From the NCBI GenBank assembly GCA_016188115.1, contig JACPIK010000002.1, forward strand, positions 599,847 to 631,846: a stretch of 32,000 nucleotides of DNA, in the 5' to 3' direction. How positions within the stretch are numbered: the stretch's first letter is position 1; each line of letters starts with the position of its first letter. This DNA is from Candidatus Woesearchaeota archaeon. Lineage in GTDB: Archaea > Nanobdellota > Nanobdellia > Woesearchaeales > GW2011-AR9. The notes under the pieces were generated by a model. That model saw only the letters and a list, made by a program, of their open reading frames with translations, did not search any database and was not told the DNA's origin. The position numbers and the translations under genes were made by a program. Positions 25,966 to 32,000 of this stretch are shown here, one piece after another.

Positions 25966-27222
25966 ATGACTCAAGCCAAGAAAAGTGTTGAAAAAAAAGA
26001 ACACATACATACTCAACCAGAAATAAATATCGCATTAGTAGGTCATGTTGATCACGGAAAAACCACTCTTACCGAACGTCTAAGTGGGAAATGGACAGAC
26101 ACACATTCTGAAGAACTCAAACGCGGTATTACCATTCGTTTAGGCTACGCTGATTTTGATATTTATCTTGACGAAGAAAATAATTTTTACACCACAAAAG
26201 AAAAAAGTTTCAAAACCAATAAACCTACTAAACACTTACGCAAAATTTCATTAGTAGATGCGCCCGGTCACGAATCCCTTATGGCAACCATGCTCTCGGG
26301 AGCAGCAATTGTTGATGGAGCACTTTTACTTGTCGCTGCAAATGAAAAATGCCCTCAACCTCAAACCAAAGAACATCTCATGGCGCTCCAAATCACGGGA
26401 ATTAAGAACGTAATTGTTATCCAAAATAAAATTGATCTTGTCAGTAAAGAAGAAGCATTACAAAACTACCAAGAAATCAGAGAATTCCTTTCCAATACGC
26501 CTTTTAAAGACGCCCCTATCATCCCTATTTCTGCTCGAGCTAATGTCAATATTGATATGTTACTTGAAGCCATCCAAACCTATATTGCTACACCAACTCG
26601 TAATACCAAAGATCTTCCCAGCATGCTCATTGCGAGATCATTTGATATTAACAAACCAGGAATTAAACCTGCCCAGCTCACCGGAGGAGTTCTAGGTGGA
26701 ACAGTCAAACAAGGAAGTTTTCATATTGGCGATGAAGTAGAAATTGCACCAGGATATATGGTTGAAGAAAAAAACAAAAAAATCTGGAAACCCCTCCATA
26801 CTAAAGTAGTGCAAATTTTCTCAGGGGGACAACCAGTAGAAGAGATTATGCCTGGTGGAAGTATGGCTCTCAAAACTGATCTTGATCCTTCTATCGTTAA
26901 ATCAGATGCTCTTACCGGATGCCTTGTAGGAAAGCCAGGAAAACTTCCCCCAGTCCATTATCAAATTGCGTTGGATACATTTTTACTCGAACGCGTTGTT
27001 GGAACGAAAGAAGAAACAGAAGTAAAACCCCTCGCCAAACAAGAAGTACTTATGCTTAATGTTAATTCTGCAGCAACCGTGGGCGTTGTTGTTGATCCTT
27101 CTAAAAAGAATACAACCTGTGTTCTCAAAAAACCAATTTGCGCAAGTGTTGGCGATCGTATCACTATCTCTCGTCGAGTAGGAGATCGATTTAGATTGAT
27201 TGGGTACGGAATTTTAAAATAA
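25966..27222 (+). CDS. eif2g: translation initiation factor aIF2 gamma subunit
   Basis: QPEINIALVGHVDHGKTTLTERLSGKWTDTHSEELKRGITIRLGYA, DAPGHE, NKIDL, and domains II/III ending GDRFRLIGYGIL. The usual Cys4 knuckle is absent. Confidence 0.9.
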   Translation: MTQAKKSVEKKEHIHTQPEINIALVGHVDHGKTTLTERLSGKWTDTHSEELKRGITIRLGYADFDIYLDEENNFYTTKEKSFKTNKPTKHLRKISLVDAPGHESLMATMLSGAAIVDGALLLVAANEKCPQPQTKEHLMALQITGIKNVIVIQNKIDLVSKEEALQNYQEIREFLSNTPFKDAPIIPISARANVNIDMLLEAIQTYIATPTRNTKDLPSMLIARSFDINKPGIKPAQLTGGVLGGTVKQGSFHIGDEVEIAPGYMVEEKNKKIWKPLHTKVVQIFSGGQPVEEIMPGGSMALKTDLDPSIVKSDALTGCLVGKPGKLPPVHYQIALDTFLLERVVGTKEETEVKPLAKQEVLMLNVNSAATVGVVVDPSKKNTTCVLKKPICASVGDRITISRRVGDRFRLIGYGILK

Positions 27223-27292
27223 GCACTAAGAGAATAAGAGAGTACAACCCGTGAGTAGATTTATTAACTTCTTTTATTTAATTAGATAATAC

Positions 27293-27979
27293 ATGCGATC
27301 TCATTTAATCACTAATTTTCCTAAAAACTACCCCTTCTACAAAAAAATTATTCCCAACATAATCTATTTTGTAACCGGAATAGTAATACAGAAACGAAGC
27401 AATTTACTCACAAGAAAAGATCAAATTCAAACTCGCTTCCATCTTCGTCGAGGAGATATCCTGCTCTTAGGCAACCTGCATGAGCTTTCTGCCCCCGTAA
27501 TTGGTGGAGCATTGACACATGCAACACTCTATATCGGCAGAAAAAAATGCATTGAAGCAGTAGGAACAGGAGTTCGCTACTCTACATTAGATCATATTTT
27601 CACAACCTACGATACGCTTGTCATTCTACGCCTTCCAAAAAAAACAAAACATAAACGGTACCTTGTACGTCATGCTATCAAATTTGCGAAAGCTCAACTT
27701 GGCAAAGCATACGATTGGGACTTTAGCCAAACCAAACAAGGTTATTTTTGCAGCAAGTTAGTCAACGAATCATATCGTGCTGCCGGCTATAAAACAAAAT
27801 TAACTTCCTCTACTAAACCACGGTCATTTTTTCAAAAAATAGTGTACACACTATCTCATTCCATAACTGCGCTGCGACCAGAACATTTTATTTATGGAAA
27901 TTTTGAATTAATATTTATGTCACATAACCTTACTCGCAAAGGCAAAAAGATATTATTAAAAGACCAAAAAAGTAACTAA
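27293..27979 (+). CDS. YiiX/YaeF-like permuted papain-fold (NlpC/P60-related, C92-type) hydrolase
   Basis: GDILLLGN...THATLYIG...IEAVGTGV...LVILRL...GKAYDWDF...YFCSKLVNESY. His precedes Cys, as in the permuted family. An N-terminal hydrophobic segment is present. Confidence 0.65.
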   Translation: MRSHLITNFPKNYPFYKKIIPNIIYFVTGIVIQKRSNLLTRKDQIQTRFHLRRGDILLLGNLHELSAPVIGGALTHATLYIGRKKCIEAVGTGVRYSTLDHIFTTYDTLVILRLPKKTKHKRYLVRHAIKFAKAQLGKAYDWDFSQTKQGYFCSKLVNESYRAAGYKTKLTSSTKPRSFFQKIVYTLSHSITALRPEHFIYGNFELIFMSHNLTRKGKKILLKDQKSN

Positions 27980-28010
27980 CCAGTACTAACGCAAGTTTAT
28001 ATATCATTTT

Positions 28011-28799
28011 TTGTACCATCATATTGTGGTTCGATTAATTTCCTATAATATTGAATATTGTGAAGGAATGGAAGGAATATGGTACCAATATCTCTACTTT
28101 TGGCGTATTTTCTTTCCTCCAAAAAAAATAAATCAAGAAATAGTTGAAGAACTTAAAAAAATCAAACCAGATATTCTTACTCTTATTGAAGTTGACACTG
28201 GGTCTTTTCGAAACCATGGAAAAGATGAAGTTCGGTTTGTTGAGGAAAGTCTTCATCTAAAAAGTTTTGTTGAACGAGTAAAATATCCCTTACAAGGATG
28301 GTTGAAATTATTCCACCATGTTCCAGTACTTAACAAACAAGCAAATGCGATCATCTCTAAGTACCCTATAATCAGTCATAAATACCATGTTTTGCATGAA
28401 GGCACAAAACGCGTTGTGATTGAAGCAACCCTTAAATGCCCGCATAAAGTGACTCTACTCGCTGCTCACTTAGCCCTTGGAAAAGAAACACGCATGCTCC
28501 AAATTAAAGAATTAATCAATATAGTAAACTCAATCAAAAATCCCGTCATCCTAATGGGAGATTTTAATACATTTAACGGAGAAGAAGAGATAGCTGAATT
28601 GCTCAAACGAACACATCTGAGTGATAAAATCAAATTAGATAAAGAATCTATACCATTTACTGAACCAGCTTGGCACCCCACACGAAGATTGGATTATATT
28701 CTTACATCAAAACAAATCAATGTCAAGAGATATTCCGTTCTTCATTTCGCGTTTTCAGATCATTTGCCACTGATGATCGATTTTACATTTAAAAAATAA
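28011..28799 (+). CDS. endonuclease/exonuclease/phosphatase (EEP) family protein
   Basis: RLISYNIEY, DILTLIEVD, LLAAHLALG, VILMGDFNT, RLDYILTS, FSDHLPLMIDF. The start is uncertain: TTG at 28011 or GTG at 28026, the latter about 25 nt after TTTATATA. Confidence 0.7.
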   Translation: MYHHIVVRLISYNIEYCEGMEGIWYQYLYFWRIFFPPKKINQEIVEELKKIKPDILTLIEVDTGSFRNHGKDEVRFVEESLHLKSFVERVKYPLQGWLKLFHHVPVLNKQANAIISKYPIISHKYHVLHEGTKRVVIEATLKCPHKVTLLAAHLALGKETRMLQIKELINIVNSIKNPVILMGDFNTFNGEEEIAELLKRTHLSDKIKLDKESIPFTEPAWHPTRRLDYILTSKQINVKRYSVLHFAFSDHLPLMIDFTFKK

Positions 28800-28829
28800 A
28801 CACAGAAATTTTTAGACAAAGAAAGTAAA

Positions 28830-28856
28830 GATGAATACTAAATGACTATATTCATC
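28830..28856. terminator. hairpin between convergent genes
   Basis: GATGAATA-(11 nt)-TATTCATC has an 8-bp stem. It lies between the EEP stop (28799) and the DedA stop (28890). Confidence 0.3.
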
Positions 28857-28889
28857 TGATTTAAAACTTAACCAACAACAAAATTAAGC

Positions 28890-29618
28890 TCAAACAATAC
28901 GTTTCTTTTTATGGTTATAACGAATAGTTTTCTCAAAAGCATGTAATTCTTTGAAAAACAACATCTTGAGTTTACGTCGAAATATAACTGTAAAAAGCAG
29001 TGCTGCACCTCCCGCCAAGAACAACACGGAATACATTGAAAAACCAACCTGAAACGTGTCACCAACACCATTCAAAATTAAATAACGAGGAATATGTCCC
29101 CCGATAAGAATAAACAAAAAAGTCCTAAATGAGATAGGTGTAAGACCCAAAAGAAGAGTTACCGTGTCGCTAGGAAAGATGGGGATAATGTAAGAAATAA
29201 GCGCAGCCGCAGGACCGCGTCGTGCAAAAATATGATTGAAATGAGCAATATGATGCGCATCAACGAGCTTTTCAAGAAGAGGTTTACCATACCGCCGTAC
29301 CAAGAAAAATATTGTGCATGAACCTATTACCAAACCAACAAGAGCTAGTAGCGTTCCAAAAAAAAGACCATAAACATATCCTCCCGCAAGAGCAATAGGC
29401 GTACTTGGAATTGGTAAAATGATAGAAACACCCATTAACACAACAAATAATACAATACCCCATCCCCCACTTGTAATCAAGAAATTACGAACAAGATCAG
29501 GGGTTGAGAGAAGGGTTAAGAAAGAAGCAGGAGAATGAACTATCAGAACAGGAATGATATTTATTAAAATAATAAAGACTAAGAGCAGATACACAAACAT
29601 ACGATGTTTTGTTTTCAC
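28890..29618 (-). CDS. DedA/TVP38-TMEM64 family membrane protein
   Basis: Multi-pass membrane protein with VRRYGKPLLEKL and IIPIFPSDTVTLLLGLT motifs. The start is GTG at 29618 or ATG at 29600. Confidence 0.8.
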   Translation of the reverse strand: MKTKHRMFVYLLLVFIILINIIPVLIVHSPASFLTLLSTPDLVRNFLITSGGWGIVLFVVLMGVSIILPIPSTPIALAGGYVYGLFFGTLLALVGLVIGSCTIFFLVRRYGKPLLEKLVDAHHIAHFNHIFARRGPAAALISYIIPIFPSDTVTLLLGLTPISFRTFLFILIGGHIPRYLILNGVGDTFQVGFSMYSVLFLAGGAALLFTVIFRRKLKMLFFKELHAFEKTIRYNHKKKRIV

Positions 29619-29667
29619 TCATCTTAGAAGAAAAAAATAGTATAAAAAAGTATGGAAATTAAAAGAA

Positions 29668-29843
29668 TGGCCCCGGCGAGACTTTCAATCAGCAACCTGC
29701 TGGGCTAAGCGAAGCACATGCCCGCTTTTTTCCCAGGTTTTCTTAAAAGCTGTGTTTGAACTCGCCACCACCGGCTTGCTTAAACAAGCGCATGGAACGC
29801 TGCCATATAAGACCGGCGCTCCACCAGGCTAAGCTACGGGGCC
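29668..29843 (-). tRNA. tRNA-Ile (anticodon UAU) with two introns, at 37/38 and in the T-loop at 59/60
   Basis: Minus strand: GGCCCCG-TA-GCTT-AGCCTGGTG-GAGC-G-CCGGT-CTTATA-[29 nt, 29777-29805]-A-GCCGG-TGGTG-GCGAG-TTCAAA-[73 nt, 29682-29754]-T-CTCGC-CGGGGCC-A. 74 nt of exon plus 102 nt of intron equals 176 nt. Both introns form 3-nt bulge / 4-bp helix / 3-nt bulge motifs. No CCA is encoded. Confidence 0.8.
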
Positions 29844-29865
29844 ACATTTTCTAGAAAAAGACCTG

Positions 29866-29874
29866 CTTTAAAAG
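29866..29874 (-). promoter_or_regulatory. TATA-like box for tRNA-Ile
   Basis: The minus strand reads CTTTTAAAG, centred about 27 nt upstream of the tRNA 5' end at 29843. Confidence 0.45.
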
Positions 29875-29949
29875 ATTTCCTACACAGATGAAGCAGAAAA
29901 ACAATGAGCCAACAAGCATAGCTACAATCCAAGTACATTTATAAAAACA

Positions 29950-30501
29950 ATGCTAGCACCAGATTTAATGAACACTCACTTCGCTAGTATAGCTCTATTT
30001 GCCGCAGGCACAATCGCGACAACACCCAGTTGCGCCACATATCAGATTAATTATACTTCCGATCTAGAAAAAACACCACTCATTGCAGATTACCAAACCC
30101 CAAACCAGAACAGAAAATCCCCCAAATATAATATTGAGGATACCCAACCTTTACAAATAGTTCTTGCCGTTTATGCTTCCAAAACTGCCCCATTTCGAGA
30201 TGGTTCCACCTGCGTGTATGACTCTCAAAAAGAGATAAGTATTGATGAATATCTCCTAATGCAAAAAGAACAGCCCGCCACAATTCGCCTCCCACTTCCC
30301 AAATTAATATATTGTCTTGATAAAGATCACGACCAAGAGATAACTCTTTGGGAAGCAGTGACTGAACAGATAAATTTATGTGGATTTACCAGTAATTCCA
30401 CTCTAAACCAGATTATTACAAGAGCCAATCCGCAACTCCCTCCTATAGATATTACCAGAAATTATTGGACTTGTTTAGAAGAACAAAAAAGAGCAAAATA
30501 A
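29950..30501 (+). CDS. hypothetical secreted or lipid-anchored protein
   Basis: Hydrophobic N-terminus FASIALFAAGTIATTPSC. TTTATAAAAA starts at 29937, so the ATG at 29968 (MNTHF...) is the more likely leaderless start. Confidence 0.5.
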   Translation: MLAPDLMNTHFASIALFAAGTIATTPSCATYQINYTSDLEKTPLIADYQTPNQNRKSPKYNIEDTQPLQIVLAVYASKTAPFRDGSTCVYDSQKEISIDEYLLMQKEQPATIRLPLPKLIYCLDKDHDQEITLWEAVTEQINLCGFTSNSTLNQIITRANPQLPPIDITRNYWTCLEEQKRAK

Positions 30502-30585
30502 GACTTTGAAATTTACACTACTTTTAGATTACAATAAAGATATATAAAAGAAAAAATAGGTATTTGTAGCATAAAGAGGCGTTCC

Positions 30586-31455
30586 ATGAACATTAACCAG
30601 CTACGTAAATTAATGGATCGTAAAAAAACTTCTCATAAAGGAGAAAACGGTCACGTTTTAATCATTGGCGGTTCAGAAGAGTACGTCGGAGCAGTTGTTC
30701 TTGCTGGTCTTGCAGCGTTGCGTTCTGGATGCGATCTTGTAACCGTTGCTTCACCAGAAAAAGTCGCTTGGGCAATTAATCGTTATTCACCAGATCTACT
30801 CACACAAAAAATCAAAGTCGCGTTCACTGTAAAACTTGCAAAAGACATGGTCAAACAAGTTGAAAAATATGATGCAATACTTATTGGTAACGGGATAACC
30901 AAACATGCAGATAAGTTCTGTCAATATTTTATCCGTAAATCCCCAAAGTTAAAAGTAATAGACGCAGATGCTCTAAAAGGACTCTCATTTAAAGAATTTA
31001 GTAACTCTATTCTTACCCCACATGAAAAGGAACTCGAACAAATGTTGATTAATAGTAACAAAGAGTTTCTTTTACCAAAATTACGTGAAGCAAATCCAAA
31101 AGAGAAAGCAGAAATTCTCCAAGGCAACCTTCGTTATTTCTTACAAAACGACAATGTTTTGCTCGTAAAAGGACCAACAGACATTATTATCTCGAAGAAC
31201 AAAATCGCATTTAATAGAACCGGAAATCAAGGCATGACTAAAGCAGGAACAGGTGATGTGCTTGCAGGTATTTGCGCAGGATTTCTCGCGAAAAGCGGAG
31301 ATCTTTTCAAAAGCGCAGTTGCCGCATCCTACATTAATGGATATGTTGCGGACATCTTGTTAAAAAACAAAAAAGGATATAGTTTTATTGCCTCTGACAT
31401 TGTTGAAGACCTAGGAAAAGTTCTCGCAATGGATAAAAAAGTAAAGAAACCGTAA
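30586..31455 (+). CDS. nnrD: ADP-dependent NAD(P)H-hydrate dehydratase (YjeF C-terminal / carbohydrate-kinase fold)
   Basis: HKGENGHVLIIGGSEEYVGAVVLAGLAALRSGCDLVTVASP and GTGDVLAGICAGFLA. Confidence 0.85.
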   Translation: MNINQLRKLMDRKKTSHKGENGHVLIIGGSEEYVGAVVLAGLAALRSGCDLVTVASPEKVAWAINRYSPDLLTQKIKVAFTVKLAKDMVKQVEKYDAILIGNGITKHADKFCQYFIRKSPKLKVIDADALKGLSFKEFSNSILTPHEKELEQMLINSNKEFLLPKLREANPKEKAEILQGNLRYFLQNDNVLLVKGPTDIIISKNKIAFNRTGNQGMTKAGTGDVLAGICAGFLAKSGDLFKSAVAASYINGYVADILLKNKKGYSFIASDIVEDLGKVLAMDKKVKKP

Positions 31456-31522
31456 AGATAGGGTTAGATACAGAAGCAGATTAAATCATGTAAGAGTTAG
31501 ATTTCTGTAGGATCAAAGAAAA

Positions 31523-31930
31523 TTACAATAGCCACACCAGACTTAATCCAACTATACCACTAAAGACGTGCATCAACAAAACCAATAGCCAAACACCTTC
31601 TCGTTGAAGAATATTTTTATGAACAAAATACATTGTTTCAATAGTAATGAAGAACCGCAATAGTACTGCAATCAATACGTAACTCCATAAAACCCCTGTA
31701 GAGATATACAACCAAGAACATAACGCCCACAATGTTACTAACAGAATAATATCTAGAATAAATAATGTGCGAACAACTCGCACAGTGAGATTATAAAGTC
31801 GCACAAAGAGAAATGCAATCGCAATTTCAAGAACTAAGAGCAACGGAATAAGACGTACAAACCAAATCCATTCCTCTCTCTCAAAAAAAGAAGTTGTAGA
31901 AGAAAGATTTGCAACCCCCTCTTTTTGCAA
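31523..31930 (-). CDS. hypothetical membrane protein (about 4 TM helices)
   Basis: The ORF is strongly hydrophobic throughout. The start is uncertain: TTG at 31930, with no early ATG. Confidence 0.45.
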   Translation of the reverse strand: MQKEGVANLSSTTSFFEREEWIWFVRLIPLLLVLEIAIAFLFVRLYNLTVRVVRTLFILDIILLVTLWALCSWLYISTGVLWSYVLIAVLLRFFITIETMYFVHKNILQREGVWLLVLLMHVFSGIVGLSLVWLL

Positions 31931-32000
31931 AGAAAGGCGAAATGTCCCTCTCGTAGAAAACGATACTTCTTTTGAGATAAAAAGATGAGATAATTCCGGA

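Noticed and set aside
28830-28860. GATGAAT...CTGATTT motif resembling C and D boxes, also seen on the minus strand near 9326-9349
   Set aside because: The C-box match is poor (only the UGA core). The spacing of 29 nt overall is too short for a C/D sRNA. The sequence is better explained as a simple hairpin between convergent genes.
29690-29712. tRNA-like D-arm fragment (GCTTAGCCCAGCAGG) inside the 73-nt T-loop intron, sharing GCTTAGCC with the exon D-arm
   Set aside because: Only an 8-nt exact match is present, which can plausibly occur by chance between two roughly 70-nt sequences. No further cloverleaf elements appear in the intron.

Overview
The window is a gene-dense stretch of about 38-40% GC, and I read it as archaeal, probably from a small-genome DPANN-like lineage. 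Archaeal markers are aIF2-gamma, ribosomal protein S17e, an archaeal-type PEP carboxylase, an Lrp/AsnC regulator and tRNA genes with bulge-helix-bulge introns. TTTATAAA-type TATA boxes start about 30 nt upstream of many start codons, which suggests leaderless mRNAs. Bacterial-type genes are mixed in: uvrC, xth, orn, lemA, an RsuA-family pseudouridine synthase and a DedA/TVP38 protein. I found no rRNA, CRISPR array, transposase or integrase. The strongest finding is two minus-strand tRNA genes with multiple introns that no ORF explains. One is a tRNA-Arg(CCU) with three interruptions, hidden in the largest apparently empty spacer (13265-13433). The other is a tRNA-Ile(UAU) with a 29-nt canonical intron and a 73-nt T-loop intron (29668-29843). 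Both carry an intron at T-loop position 59/60 with a well-formed BHB motif. Other notable items are an IMP branch-point cluster (purB, purA, guaB) in which PurA is fused to an intact HAD phosphatase through an (AAT)12 poly-Asn linker. In the same cluster PurB carries a C-terminal extension of about 165 aa that may be a degenerate HAD domain. There is also a tandem pair of non-RD eukaryotic-like protein kinases that share a 39-nt identical patch and are followed by a possible relic of a third copy. A putative lipid-remodelling trio (YiiX-like, EEP, DedA) and a Cys-less aIF2-gamma are further observations. All functional calls come from reading motifs by eye, with no database search.
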